From Coniocarpon cinnabarinum (taxonomy: Eukaryota): DNA of 56,356 nucleotides. The notes below the pieces were generated by a model that worked only from the letters and a program-made list of their open reading frames with translations, searched no databases and was not told the DNA's origin. The position numbers and the translations under genes are program-made. Below are positions 1 through 13,371 of the stretch, piece after piece. Within the stretch, counting starts at the first letter, position 1; each line of letters opens with the position of its first letter. The DNA lies in the NCBI GenBank assembly GCA_051942205.1, contig JAVECO010000156.1:1-56356 (forward strand), in the 5' to 3' direction.

Positions 1-13
1 CCCACCACCCAAA

Positions 14-1862
14 TCACCCCGCAACCTTCATCGCAAACCGACTCCGCGCTCTAATCCTGGGCCCAAACCAAGCAAGCACAAACGGCACCGCCGACAGCAA
101 AGCGCCAATCGCCCCCAAAATCGAACTCGCCCTCCCAATCCCCACATTGCCGAAAAACGCCTCCGCAAACAGCGGAAACGCACCCCCCAATAAATTGCGA
201 CAAAGGCTCTGTCCCGCAATGGCACTACTCGCGAAGCTCAGATACGAGTCCGCGAGATAATTGAACGTGGCGAGGTAAATCGCGAAGATGCCGATCGTAG
301 CTGAGCAGAGACCAAGGGTGGGGACGATCCAGTGGATTGAGGCTTGTGAGGTCCAGCCGAACCAGAAGAGGCCGATGGGGAGGAAGATGGATTCGATTGC
401 GGCGAACCAGAGGCGGGCTTCGGGGGATTTGGCGGCCTCGGGGCGGTATTTCAGGGTGAGTTTTTCTTGGTAGATGGAGAGGGTTGTCATTATTAGAGAG
501 GTTATGGTGATGGACGCGAAGATGGCGTTGGATTTGTCGAGGGGGAAGCGGTAGACGGTTTCGAAGACGTAGGGGATTACTGAGAATTGCTGTGACGTGA
601 TGTTAGTTGTATTTCTGTCAAAGAGGGGCACGTCTGTGGCGTTGATGGCGATCGAATGGGGGTAGGACGTGGCTGAGGCTTGCAGAAGAGAGGTCAGGCA
701 TACTTACCAGGTATAAGATCGCCCAGGCAAAGGAGATCCAGAGACTGAAAAAGAACACAGTTGGTTCTGTGAAGAGCAACACGAATGGTCGCGTCATGGA
801 AATCTTGATCATCGTCGCAAGCGATGCTCGTTCTTCATCAGCTTTGCATCTCCATCTGATTCTCACAGGCCTTCCTGCTTGCTTCTCCCCATCGTCCTCG
901 GTCGTCTCTTGACCTTCTTCAAAGACGACACCAATCGCCCCCTTCTCCTCGCAAGCTTCATACCACTGATTCAACACTTTGGCTCGTCTGCTCAGTAAGA
1001 CGCTCCCTCGACTTTCTCGAAAGAAGAAAACAATGATGATCATAAACGCCCCCAACACAATCGCATGCACCCCGAAAACCCACCGCCAACTTACATTCGC
1101 CGCAATGAAACCCCCAACCATCGGTCCCAGTCCCGTCCCAAACAACACACCCCCGGCAAACAACGACATAGGCGTATTCCGATCCTTAGTCGGATAAATA
1201 TCCGCCACTACACCCCCCACCATCGTCGAGAAGACACTCGAACTCAACCCACCAAGGAGTCGACAGATCATCATCCCCGCATAACTCTGCGTCACCGCCG
1301 TTCCCATGACAGCCAGGACAAAGATGATGCCGGCGATGACGAAGACGGGACGACGGCCTTGCAGCTCGCTGAAGGGGGCGAGGATCATGGGGGCGATGCC
1401 AAAGCCGACGGTGAAGAGGGTTACACCGACGAGGATGGCTACGGTGCTGACGTTGAAGCGGGCTGAGAGTTGGTCCGCTGCTGGGGCGTAGGTGCCTGCT
1501 GCGTAGGCGGTGAGGAGTGTGCCGATTACGGATTGCCAGACGAGGGACTGTTTTTGGGGCGTGCTCCATTTCTGGGGATCGCTGTAGGGTTTGAGATTGG
1601 GTGGGAGTGGGAGGTCGTTAGATGGGATGCTGGTGGATTTATTTGTGTTTGAACTTGAGGATGGTAGGGCGGATGGGACATCTGTGGGTGGCTGGTCGTT
1701 GGAGCCTGGATGTCTGGAGGGGACATGACTGCTTGATGGACGGAGAGGAGTAGGCAACGGCGTGTCGAACTCCAGATAGGGTTCTTGTATTTCTCCTCGC
1801 GCATCGATCCGACTTCGCGTCTTCTCTATCGCGAGAGAATGCAAAGAACTTCGACTCGACAT
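14..1862 (-). CDS. MFS multidrug transporter, DHA1 family (2 exons; intron 590-707)
   Basis: ORFs 618..1862 and 14..631 join via GTAAGT...CTAAC...CAG to read ILYL|QFSVIPYVF. Motifs PFSELQGRRPVF, WRWVF, PEARL and many TM segments. Confidence 0.93.
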
Positions 1863-2971
1863 ATTGGTGAGAGCACATGTGGCGAAGCACGTCCGTCGTC
1901 ACCGCTAGTCTCCCAGAATAGATAGCACGAGCACCTAATATTAGTAGTGTCTTGTATGATTATTCAAAGTGAAGTCGAAATAGGAACGGCAACTCTTAAG
2001 TGGTGCGACATTCCTTCCCCATGAATCAGACCAACTATCTGACTCAACAGGATTGACATTCGGATTGCCCCAGAGACATTCGGAGCCACGGAAGACGACG
2101 GTACCAGTAGAGCGACGATTACGAGTGCGAAAAGTGAGCACTAACGAGAAACACAAGTACCTACAAATATTTCTTTTCTCGCTAATACTATTGAAGAAAA
2201 GAGAGAGCAGGGGAGAAACGCAATTGTCTCAGGCAGACTACGCAAACAGTCATGGTGGTAAAAGCCAATGACAGAACCTTACACTTCGCGATCCACAATC
2301 GGCAATCCGTCCTCTGACTTCGCTAAAGTCATTGGTGGAGTTGCTTGTTGGTAGGTGGGTTCGCGCCGAGAATCGACCGAGGACAACGGGTGTGCAGGTG
2401 CATTACTCGTGGCTGTCTGACGTACATCACCGTCGATTGCACAATCAATTTGAAATCGGAGTGTCCTGTTGATGACCGCGGATAAATGGGAATGAGTCGA
2501 AGGTCATGCAAGTGCTGTGAGGGCAGACAAAGAAAGATGTTTCTGCTCTAGTGTATGAGTACGGAGGTACGACAAGGATTTGCTGCATGGGCTTGTCACG
2601 GTCCGAGGCGTGTGTGGCCGGAGGGTCAAGCGGCGTTGAAGGATCCTGGCATCGTCTGTAATACGCGTATATAGCTTAAAATTGCTTCAAGATGGTTTCA
2701 CGGAAGGCAGCAAATATGTATGTGGTGGTTGATAGATGATTGTGCGACCCGTAAGCAAGTCACCTGATGTGTTCCATTCCGAATGCGGATCATATGTCGC
2801 ACGGATATCCAAACCACCCTTTCCTTTGCCACGCCAGATACCAATATACCAATGGGCAATCCACACCCGGTCGTAACTCAACACCAACAGCTCTGCTCTT
2901 TCCGACTTTCACCGCCTTTCGCTATCGAGCTGCATTCTCCATGCGTGACACCAGAAGCGCGACGTTCCCCA

Positions 2972-5389
2972 TCACACGCCACTGCTTGGTGCAGCCCCCT
3001 CTTCGTTCTGCTCTCTCATCTTCCTCCCCTCCATCAGACCCCTTAATCCCCGCTTCTGCAGGCCAACCACACTGCTTAATTCGCCTGTCCAGCTCTCCTC
3101 CCGTTCATTATCCCCACTCTCACTCGCTCCGCTGACCTCCGTGCTGGAGCTCACGCTTCCGCCTTCGCTCTCTTCGGCGTCGCTCTCCCCTTCTGCCAGC
3201 GCGGTCTCTTGCACCCTTCGTGTGCTGAGCCGATCCCGATGCGATAGCGGTGCGAGCGCACCTGTGAATGCCACAGCATCGCCACCGCCGGCAGCCATGG
3301 CTGCAGCGTTGAAGACCGCAGCGGTGTTGCGCTGGTCCAGTGTTTCATGAATGCGCTCGACGACCGCCTCAAGAAGACCGTCGACGCGGTAGGGACGTGC
3401 GATCTGTAACAAAGAGCAGAGGATCTGGGCGGAGCAGAGTTCGGAGCCGGGCGGCGGAAGGGCGTGGGTATACAAGTAATGCGCGAATGCACGAATTGTG
3501 GGAGCTGTATGGGGAAGGTACAGAACACGAGGTCGGAGAGATGCAGGAAGGATTTGTGACGATCCGAAAGAGGGGTCGAGGCTTGGTGTGGTTGAGGGGG
3601 CTGAGTGCTCAGAGGAGTCGTTGGGAAGGATGTTATTGATGGCTGAGTTCATGGCGGGGGTAAATGAGGTCGTAGAGCCCCCGCCGAGGGTAGACGATGA
3701 GCCGATGGAGCCAGGTGTGATGGTGACAGAGCTAGCACGGGAGATTTGAGAAGCGATCGTCAGAGGACGGCCATTGGCGCCGTTGGTGGTGGCGTCGTTT
3801 GCAGTGCCGTTGGGCGCAGAAGCCGCAGGGTTTGAAGAACCTTCGAGGAGATGGAGGAGGTACGGACCCCAGCGACGTGCAATCACTTGGGAGTTGACAG
3901 GAATGCGCTCACCACCAATGGCAAGTAAGTCGACGTCACAGAGTTCGCGTTGATCAAGAACTTGACGACCAAAATTGACACCCGCCTCGGAATGGAGGGG
4001 TCGGTCAGTAAGAGGGGATGAAGCAGGCATGACGAAGGGTGAGCTGGCGGAGACGAATTTTGCAGAGGGAAGATTGGTGACTGGATTGGCATATAGGCCG
4101 TAAGCTTCAAGCTCCACGGCCATCATGTTGGCAAAGTTGAGCCGACGATGGTTGTAATCTTGATCGAGTTTTCGACGTCGGTCGCCGAATACGACATACA
4201 TGTTGCGCTTCTTCCAGAGAAGGCCGCGATTCCATGAGCCAGAGGTCAGAATACCAGGACCCACGTCGATGCGTTGCCATGTTAGTGTCTTGAGATCTAG
4301 CGCCCAGAGAGCGTACTCTTTGCGTGTAGATGTGAGGAATGTACCGGACAGAATAAAGTGATCAGCATGGACATCACCGTTGGGAAAGCGGAGGCCTGGG
4401 GGTGAGAAGGCACCTTTCATACTGCGCTCGCTGAGGGTGCCATCCTGAGTACGGATGCAAAACTCGAGTTTGACGTCGAGAAAGTTGTAGTTTGAGTAGA
4501 TGAGGGTGGAATGACTCTCATCGTCGTCATCCTTGTGGCTGCTTGGTGGCGGGGAGGTTGGGCCATCTGGTGCAGCTGAGCCAATCTCAGACGGTGTGAT
4601 GGACGTTAATGGTATAGCGACAGATCGGTAAGCACCATATTCCTTATTGAGAGGGTCGGCCCGTTCCCATCGCCGAGAGCGAAAGTTGTATACGTTGATT
4701 TCCATGACATATTTGTTCTCGGGTGTCTGACCGCCAATCACGATCAATTGAGCGCCGCCTCGGCCGTCACCGTTCGCACCACTTTGGCTGGAGCTAGGGG
4801 TATGACCGCCGCTTGAAGAGGTGTCTCTGGGCTCTGAAGTGGCTACGGTTGTAGATGGCAGAATGACCGCGCAATGTGCATACCTTCCTCGAGGATTCTC
4901 TGGGCTCTCGAGACGCGTCCAGTTTCGTGTGGCAATGTCGTACATGTAAAGGTCGTTCAAGAGGACCATGCCCGAGTCCGTTCTGGAGAGTGAAGCATCC
5001 GTCACATCCTCGCCCGAGGCCATGCCGCCAAAGCATACTAGTTTCGTGTCGCCGAGCGCATTCATGCTGTGGAAATAACGTGGTGCGGGCTTCGTGCCAC
5101 TTGTTCGTAGCCGTCTCCAATGTCTGTTTACAAGATCGATCTCGAATAATGTGTTTGTTAGATTCGGTTTCGATCGTGACAATCTTCGTCCCGCAAAAAC
5201 GTACATCTTGTCTCCGACAATGGTGCAAGATGCTCCCACCAGCGGAGGCGGTCGATCGCCTGTCGTGCGATTGACATTGCATACAAGACTCGACAGACTA
5301 TTGCCACTCTGTACAGATGAATTGACCTGCTGCGCGAGACCTGCAATATTGGCGGAGGATGCCGGCGAGATGATGCCATTTGTGGCCAT
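2972..5389 (-). CDS. ral2: Kelch-repeat/BTB-like regulatory protein, Ral2/Mds3 family (open frame extends upstream to an ATG at 6175)
   Basis: LVCNVNRTTGDRPPPLVGAS..GDKMYVFAGR, PAPRYFHS, RGRYAHCA and PPGLRFPNG kelch motifs. C-terminal BTB-like CDVDLLAIGGERIPVNS..RRWGPY..HYLYT. Confidence 0.85.
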   Translation of the reverse strand: MATNGIISPASSANIAGLAQQVNSSVQSGNSLSSLVCNVNRTTGDRPPPLVGASCTIVGDKMYVFAGRRLSRSKPNLTNTLFEIDLVNRHWRRLRTSGTKPAPRYFHSMNALGDTKLVCFGGMASGEDVTDASLSRTDSGMVLLNDLYMYDIATRNWTRLESPENPRGRYAHCAVILPSTTVATSEPRDTSSSGGHTPSSSQSGANGDGRGGAQLIVIGGQTPENKYVMEINVYNFRSRRWERADPLNKEYGAYRSVAIPLTSITPSEIGSAAPDGPTSPPPSSHKDDDDESHSTLIYSNYNFLDVKLEFCIRTQDGTLSERSMKGAFSPPGLRFPNGDVHADHFILSGTFLTSTRKEYALWALDLKTLTWQRIDVGPGILTSGSWNRGLLWKKRNMYVVFGDRRRKLDQDYNHRRLNFANMMAVELEAYGLYANPVTNLPSAKFVSASSPFVMPASSPLTDRPLHSEAGVNFGRQVLDQRELCDVDLLAIGGERIPVNSQVIARRWGPYLLHLLEGSSNPAASAPNGTANDATTNGANGRPLTIASQISRASSVTITPGSIGSSSTLGGGSTTSFTPAMNSAINNILPNDSSEHSAPSTTPSLDPSFGSSQILPASLRPRVLYLPHTAPTIRAFAHYLYTHALPPPGSELCSAQILCSLLQIARPYRVDGLLEAVVERIHETLDQRNTAAVFNAAAMAAGGGDAVAFTGALAPLSHRDRLSTRRVQETALAEGESDAEESEGGSVSSSTEVSGASESGDNEREESWTGELSSVVGLQKRGLRGLMEGRKMREQNEEGAAPSSGV

Positions 5390-6234
5390 GTCGTCGCTGG
5401 CACGGTCAAAATGGGCTGAATCCCACGAGACGAGCGATTCTGGAGTGTCAGGAACGATCAAAAGTCGTTCTTTCCGAGGTGGCGTTGAAGGTCGCTGTGC
5501 TGATTCTCGTGCATGCGCAAGATCACACAGAGTCCAAGGCGGTGACGGGGGTAGAGGCTTCCGTCCTGGATCCGGGAATTTGAAATGCGGCAAAGCGGGT
5601 CGATCCCCACGTGAGCGCGAGACGGGGTTTGGTGAAGTCGGGTGCGGACGGTGACCAAGGCAGGGCGATTGAGCTTGTGGCGTTGGAGCCGGAGTGAGAG
5701 GCTGCGAAGGAGTTACAAGCTCCAAAGGTTTGATCTCGATGTGGCGAGGCTTGATCCTGAGCTTCTCCGGCGCATCGAGTCCTTCACTTTGCCATGAGAA
5801 GCGGTCGAGCCTTGGCGGTCCCGCTTTGGTCACTGCGGATGGCCTCTCCAACCACTCACACCTTCCTTGCGAAGGACGCAAGCGCTTGCGTGGTGACCAG
5901 TCTAATCGAGCGCGTCGCGAATCCTCGGTCGTTGCCACACCATGTGGTGGCTTGCCTATGCGAGGCTGTGCACTGCTGTTTGAAGGTACCTTGCGCACCG
6001 GTACCCCTAAACGCTTCACGCGCTCACGCTTCGACAGCCGTACTTTGAGGCCTCGCGCGAACGTGCCCTGGGTTGTCACAGAAGAGAAGCCAGCTCGCAG
6101 ACTCCGCGAAGCTGACGATTCCTCGAGCGTGCTGTTTAGTCGAGCCTTCTGGCTTCGTACATCTGTATGGCCCATGGCTTAGCTTAGTACTGAATGCGAC
6201 CAAAAAGAAGAAAGAAAAAAATCGCGTTTAGTGT

Positions 6235-6254
6235 GAGAGAGAGAGAGAGAGAGA
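6235..6254. repeat. (GA)10 microsatellite upstream of ral2
   Basis: Perfect GA dinucleotide run; it is a CT tract on the ral2 sense strand. Confidence 0.9.
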
Positions 6255-7362
6255 GGAGAGTAGAATGTTGCAAATTTTTTGTAAAATACACCAGACGAAA
6301 TATCTGCGTCGTGCGGCGTCTTCATGGCAGATTTCTTCACGTAGCGAAGAGATAAGGTAAAAACAACCCGATCTTGGAAGGGTGCAGCAGTCCTTACCTC
6401 AAGAAAACAAACACTGCAGACTCGGCTCGATGCAAAGGCCGGCCAGATGAATGGACGCAGGGCGGCTGTGCTGCGAGAGGCAGAGAGACCCCGTCGGCGA
6501 AGCCAGGAATGAGGCTCGGGGGTCGGCAGGGATGCACGATGGTTGGACGAACACAAGATGCAAACAAAGGGTGTGTTTCTCGTCGTGCAAACGCGCGCCG
6601 GGGGTGGTGGTGTGCTGCCGGTGCTGCTGCTGCTGCAGCTCGTCGGACAGAATTGAGAGTCGAGGATCGCAGTGTTTGCTGTGCGGCGGACACGAGCGCT
6701 TCGTGGGTATGCGGCGATTGCTTGCCGGTGCGGCACAGGCAGTACAAAGAAACAGAGAGCAAGGGACCCTGTCGGGGAGGAGCTGGCGGGTTCTAGTGGG
6801 GATTTAGTGGGCGCACGCGGGGGACCGGGGGGGTCGAGAAGGACGATCGAATGGGGGCGCTAGGCCTCTCTGGTGTCCCTACCGGAGGGGGTCCCCCAAC
6901 CGTCAGGCACCCATTCCTGCCCACTGGCCTTCCTCTGGCACCGTCTGGCACACCATTCGGCTGTGCCCGAGTGCTTTTACCCTTCTTTCCCCCGTGCCCC
7001 ACCACGTGTGAATCAGATTCCAAGGCACCGTTTCCCCTTTCGTGGCCGGCACAGCTCAGGAGAACCCTCGGGAGATTGGGTTGCTGTCAGCGGTGCTCCC
7101 TGTTGGCAGCATTGACATTGCCAGGCAATGCTGGGTGGGCTAGGGGCAGCAGCGTGGCTGTTGTAGGGCAAAGACCAATCCCCGTGCTCGGAGGTTTTTG
7201 GGATGCAGAACGTAGCTTCACAGAGCCGACTGTACAATGTCGCTTCGCCAGCCTCATCCCTGTCTGCCGGAGCTGCTGGCTACTGCGACGCTCCGTCGCT
7301 TGCTTGCACGAACGCCTGTCATCGCTCCCATCCCACACACGTATCACCCTCTCCCCTCCACT

Positions 7363-8270
7363 TCACTCAACCACTTCGGCCGGCAGCTCCGTCATGCGCA
7401 GGTATGGCTTCACAGCCTTGAAGTTGGGGAACATGTGCTTGGCTTGCTCATTGCTCACCGACGGCGCGACTATCACATCTGCACCCTGCTGTTAGCATGG
7501 CGCAATCCGCGAGGGCTGCACATCCATCGACTTACCATCGCCAGGCACCCAGTTGATCGGTGTTGTCACCTTGTGCTTGTCACCAGTCTGCAGCGAGTCC
7601 ACAATCCTCAACACTTCTGCCGTGTTCCGCCCTGTTGAGGCCGGATAGCTGAGGATGGTGCGGATCTTTTTGTTGGGATCGATGATGAAGACGGAACGTA
7701 TTGTAAAGGCAATGCCCTTCTCGTCCACGTTCGTCGCATCTTGGTAGTCCAGCCTGATGATCCATGTGTCTCAGTCTCGATGCGGATTTTGCAAATATGA
7801 GGTCTAACTCACATGTCATAAAGGAGCGCAACTTGTCGCTGCTTGTCACCAATGATGGGGAACTTGAGATTGGCTCCAGAGATTTCGTTAATGTCTGAGA
7901 TCCATCCCTGCTCGGTGTCAGCCGAATCCTAGTCTTTGGGTCCACCTCCTCAACGCACCGAGTGACTGTCAATCGTATTTGCAGAAAGTCCGATCAGCCT
8001 CACATTGCGCTTGGTAAATTCGGGCTCGAGTTTGGCAAAAGCGCCCAATTCGGTTGTGCAAACGGGTGTGTAGTCCTGAGAGACTCCCAGTTAATTTCGT
8101 AGAATGCTGGCTAGTGCAAAGCGTATGCTTACTTCGGGATGGGAGAAAAGGATAGCCCAGCTGTTGCCGATCCAATCATGGAACTTGATTTTGCCCGCAG
8201 TGGTCTCTGCTTCGAAATCTGGTGCTATGTAGCCCAGGCGAAGTGGGGTAGTTCTCTCTTGCGTTGCCAT
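7363..8270 (-). CDS. prx1: 1-Cys peroxiredoxin (Prx6/Prx1 type), 5 exons
   Basis: Spliced product [71 protein letters not shown] is the 1-Cys motif. Confidence 0.93.
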
Positions 8271-8997
8271 CGTGATAAAGGATTGGAGGTCGTTAGATAA
8301 ATAGGGGTTTGTGTCGAGGACAGGCTCCGATGGACGCTTAGAAGTAGCAGCAAGATGCGTGAAAGGGAGTGCTCAAGGTGGTCTCGGTGGCACCCGAGAA
8401 GAGCTTTCTTTTAGCAGGTGGAGCTGCATGATGGCGTGATCCCCTGGAAGGATCCAGACTGGATGACAAGGTTGCAATGACCAACTTGGCCACATGAGTC
8501 CTGAAATGGTAGTATACTACCCAAATATGGGGATGAGTATTTACAAAAGAGACGGCAAACAGGAAGGCCGCAAGGAAGATGCTTCTTGTGCAGGCAATGG
8601 GGCGTGTAGAAGATCAACGAGTGCCGCAATAACACTGCATGACTCCCGCGCTAAGCCACTCATGCTCTCGTGTGACGGAAAGCAGGCCTCGGATGGCACA
8701 AGTTTGAATTAGATGCACAATATTTCAGCAGACCTAGTTTGCGTTCGATTGAGAACAATTTCCATTGCTATGTAGTTCATTAGGTATTCATGTTCAGTGC
8801 TCGATGCTAGACATGATCTAGAGTAGGTATGTACTCGCGAAGCCATTCATGCACACACAAAAAGCAACGACGCTGTCTATTGGCGCTTTCCTCGGCCGCG
8901 TCCTCCATTTTATGCATCAATCGAAGGACCCTCCAGCTCATAATATGCCAATATCCCGAGCGCCTCGCTGAACAATCATCATAACAAAAGAGTCAAA

Positions 8998-10163
8998 TCA
9001 CCATGCCGAGTGACCGCCGTCAATCCGCAAATCCGAACCTGTCATGAAACTGCTTGCTTCGCTGAGCAAGAACACTGCGGCTGCCCGATAGTCGCTTGGG
9101 GCACTGACGCGACCCAACATGTTTTGAGATGCCCATGCCGTTCTTCGCTCGGGGTTCGTTTCGAACAGCTTCTCGACCATCTCAGTGACAATGTAGCCGG
9201 GCGAGATGGTGTTGACACGAATCTGGTGTGGTCCCCACTCTGCAGCCAAGTTACGTCCAAGTTGCAAGACGCCGGCTTTGCTCGCATTGTACGCGGTGCA
9301 GTACAAGTTGCGATTCGCCACGCTTCCGGACATACTCGCAATGAATGCCATGGCTCCGGGAGAGTTGTACTTGATCATGGCTTTGGCAGTAGCTTGAGCC
9401 GTCATGAAAGTGCCGGTGACGTTGACCGCAAACATGTTGTTGGCGTCTTCAGAGTTGTACTCCAGGGCCGGCATCTCTTGTTGGATGCCCGCACAAGCCA
9501 GAAGGCCGTCGAGACGTTGGTGCTCATCAGCAATGGCTCCAATTACACGCTGGAGGTTGTTCGTGTCTCGAATGTCAATTTGACGATAGTGAAGATTTGC
9601 TCCGAGCGTTTCCTTGGCGCGTGCTTGAACAGTCGTGAAATATGGTGATGGGTCCGGGAGACGATCCAAGCAGTAAACAGTCGCGCCAGCCTCGAGAAGG
9701 GCCTCAGCTTGTACCAAGCCCAGGCCTCGTGCTCCGCCGGACACGAGAACAACACGATCAGCCAGGTTGAGTTCGGGCAGCCGCTAGGGTAGACTGTAAG
9801 CGAGTGTGACGGTCTACGGCGAGCTCACGCTGGGATGGCACTTACCTTGGTGGTTCCCAAAAAGGTGGGAGCTTCTCCTCCCTGCTCGAGATTGACAACC
9901 TCCTGTTGCGGTGGCTTGGGGGGGCCACGAATCTTTGCCAGCTGGCCCTCAAGCCAAGCAACATCAAACAGTCTGGGATCTGACATATTTTGAGGAAGGT
10001 TAGGAACGGTATCCCTGGGGGTGAGTGGTCTGGCTTCGAAAGCCAACGGGCGGCTCTGAACCTTGGCCGACAAGGTGGGGACAAATGTCCGCTTGCAAAA
10101 ACCAGATGGGCCAGACATCATGGTCATGGTTCGTGAAAAGCTCTTTGCTGCTTTGAGAGACAT
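8998..10163 (-). CDS. Short-chain dehydrogenase/reductase (polyol/sugar reductase-like) with N-terminal extension; intron 9784-9845
   Basis: VLVSGGARGLG cofactor motif, ASMSG, YNASK catalytic motif, IRVNTISPGY, DGG. Exon 1 begins with an R/K/S-rich presequence-like stretch. Confidence 0.9.
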
Positions 10164-11270
10164 GGTGAAGAATGTTGCGAAAGAGACAACAAAGAAAGAC
10201 GAGCGCTGAATTGCAAATGTGAAGATAACCTCAAGTAGACGCCCGGATGACGCCGCAAACGCAAGATGGGAAGTAAAACGCAGTGGTGTGAAGCGAGAGA
10301 AGTTTATCGTCGAATGCAGAATGAGGAAGAACAAAGGAAAAGGCAGAGGTGAGGGGAGTTTATATGACAGGCTGGCAAGGGTGGGGTGCGGTTGCCCGAT
10401 AATCGCGATGTGCTTGCAGAAGCAGATGGGGCAAGTCGAAGCTCATCGTATTACTCCAGAAGAACAGCTGGACAAGCGCACGCTCAACACTTTGTCCCGC
10501 GGCGAGGACGTGATATCCGCGAGCACCCACTCGCCGAGAAAGGGGTGCCGAGCCCAGCTGGGCATTGTGGCAGCGGGGTAGGAAACTCTGCCGAGTCGTA
10601 GTCAGCTGCAGTATTGGCGAGTGTTTGAGGCCATGCTGTGTCTGTGTGGGCGAGGCAGGCTTGCGTAAGTGCCTCTGCGTCGGCACACCGAAGGACCACG
10701 GCGTCCGCAGCGACGACATGCAATCCACGATGGACGCGTGGCTGGGCTTTTCCCTTGCAGGAGGGCAATGCCCGCTAGATGAGTCGGCCCTGGCGTCTGG
10801 GTCCCCAGCGAGAGGCGCTATCGGCCCACTCGCAGGGTGGAATGGGGGACCCTGGCGCCACTTGGCGCCTCGCTTCACTTGACACTTCGTGAGTTTCCCG
10901 AGCGGGTCACCTGCTTTTCGTCGACTTCCCAGGCGGGCCACTTGCTCTGTCGTGAGCTTCCCCCTCGGGAGACCTGGAAGCCTCGCGCACTTTCGACACG
11001 ATCGCCCCCCCGCAACGGTTCGCGCTGCTGCCCCACCGCATTCACGTTCCAGATTGGCAGCGTGCGGGCCCCACTTGTGCAGCAACCTGCCCCATGACGT
11101 GGCTAAACCCCGTGACTGGCGGAGACCAGAAGAGACTAGCGCCGACGCTCGGTGCCGTCAGATTGGGCAGCCGACGAGAACTTGGATGACTGCAGGGTCC
11201 TTTCTGGGTCACCGCAATCTGGAGATCTTCCTGGTGCGCATACGTGATACGTGGCTGATGCCAAAGGGGC

Positions 11271-13371
11271 ATGCCTCCATCGGTGCTCATCGGCAGACAT
11301 TGGAGTGGCGTTGCCCAGGATGCTCAGCAGTATCGCGACAAGACTTTGTCCCTCGTGTATCCAGAGCTGTCCGCCGACTCAGGCCAAGCATTGCCAATAA
11401 ATGTGAGGGATTTGCCATCGTCCAAGCTGAGCAACGATGAGCTTCATGTCACAGAAACGACGCCTGAAGATCTTGTCATCGCGCTGAACAAAGGGGCGTT
11501 GACGTCCGCTGATGTCACAAGAGCCTTCTTGAGGCGTGCTGCAGTTGCACAGACGCTCGTCAGTGAGATTCCCTCTTGGCAGTCACCATGAGCACGTATT
11601 TGACCGAGCTCGCCTTTGGTGCAGGTCAATTGCATAACGGAACTTCTTCCTGAACGTGCTCTCGCGCGAGCAAAAGAGCTCGACGAGTATCTGGCGCACA
11701 ATGGCAAGCCCGTGGGTCCTCTCCATGGGCTGCCTATCAGCGTTAAGGAGCACAGTGCGTATTCAACATATGGGTGAACCAATACCGTTCGTTTGTACTG
11801 ATGACAATGTTAAGTCAATATGAAAGGACTCGGTATCAACGGTGGCTACTGCTCGGAATACGAGACCATCGCTGAGCATGATGTCCATATGCTAAAAATT
11901 CTATATGATGCCGGTGCAGTTTTCTATGCTCGTACAACGCAGCCTCAGACTGTTGTATGCACCCGTGTCGCGCCTGCAACCCGTTTCAAACTAATACTTC
12001 TAGATGCACCTGGAGACTTCTTCCAATCTCTACGGCACCACTGTCAATCCTTTCAATCGCAATCTGACCGCAGGTGGCAGCTCCGGAGGTGAGGGCGCTC
12101 TCCTGGCACTCCGCGGTAGTTGTCTTGGTATAGGGTCAGACATCGGTGGTAGTATGTCTTACAGCTCTGTGTTCTTCACTAGTCAACATCGAGAAACTCA
12201 CTGACCCAGGCATTCGCTCCCCTGCTGCAAACAATGGCCTCTTCGGCCTCCGTCCTACAGCTTATCGCGTCCCATGTGCCAACATCATGATGCCACCCGT
12301 CGGAGACGAGGGCATCATTGGCGTTTATGGACCGCTTTCGACGACGCTTGAGGGAATCAACCTGTTCATGCGCACCGTTTTGGCACCTTCACCTTGGCTG
12401 ACTGAGCCTTCGCTTGTGCCCCTCCCATGGCGAGAAGACGTCGATTTCCTACCTAAGAAATTGAAGGTAGGGGTAATGTGGGATGACGGTGTAGTGAAAC
12501 CGCATCCGCCCATCCAACGTGCCCTACGCGGGACGGTTGCCAACCTACGTGAAGCAGGTGACGTCGAGGTAAGTCTGCTGCATCTCTATAAATGCTGTCG
12601 AATGTTTTAGTTGGAAAATGTCTAAAACGAAGACATCATAGATAGTCGATTGGCACCCACACCAGCATGACTACGCCTGGCGTCTCATCCAAAGCCTCTA
12701 CTTCCCCGACGGCGGCGAAAGCGACAAAGCCGCCATTGCTCGCTCTGGCGAACCATGGCTCCCCCTCTCCCGTTTCATCCTAAGCGAAAACCCCTACGTC
12801 AAGCACCTGAGCGTTCCCGAACTTTGGGATCTCGTCAACGAGCGTGAAACCTACAGGACAGAGTATGCGAAATTGTGGAATGAGACGGCGACTGGGACGG
12901 ACGAACTAGGGAGGCCAACCGGCATGGTTGATGTAATTCTGTGTCCGGCAGGACCCAGTGCGGCGCCATTGCTCGAGACAGCAAGGTATTGGGGGTACAC
13001 TTCTCAGTGGAACTTACTGGACTATCCAGCGTTGGTGGTGCCGACGGTGTTGCGGGTTGACGCGAATAGCGACATGAAAGATGCCGGTTATGTTCCGCGG
13101 AATGCTGATGACCAGTATAACTGGGAGTCATGTGAGTTGCTGTCCAATGATAGCATCACGACTTGCAATTGCGTTGGAGTGGGGTCGCACACCTCGATGG
13201 CGATGCCAGAGTGCTCGCAGAGCAGATCAAGCTAACGTTCCTACAGATGAGCCCAGCAGCTATGCTCATGCGCCGCTTTCTCTGCAGATCGTTGGCCGAC
13301 GTTTCGAAGATGAGAAAGTATTGCAAGCTGCAAGACGCCTCGGAAAATATTGCCGCTGGGAAGCAGCGTGA
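11271..13371 (+). CDS. Amidase-signature enzyme, acetamidase (AmdS)-like, multi-exon
   Basis: [38 protein letters not shown] (Lys-cisSer-Ser triad), [26 protein letters not shown]. Canonical introns join the ORF fragments. Confidence 0.92.

Noticed and set aside
6179..7360. Overlapping ORFs between ral2 and prx1
   Set aside because: GC-rich UTR/promoter sequence is open in several frames with no family motifs.
10360..11440. Long ORFs (241 aa minus, 183 aa plus) between the SDR and the amidase
   Set aside because: Non-ATG starts, GC-rich promoter DNA and no domain-like composition.
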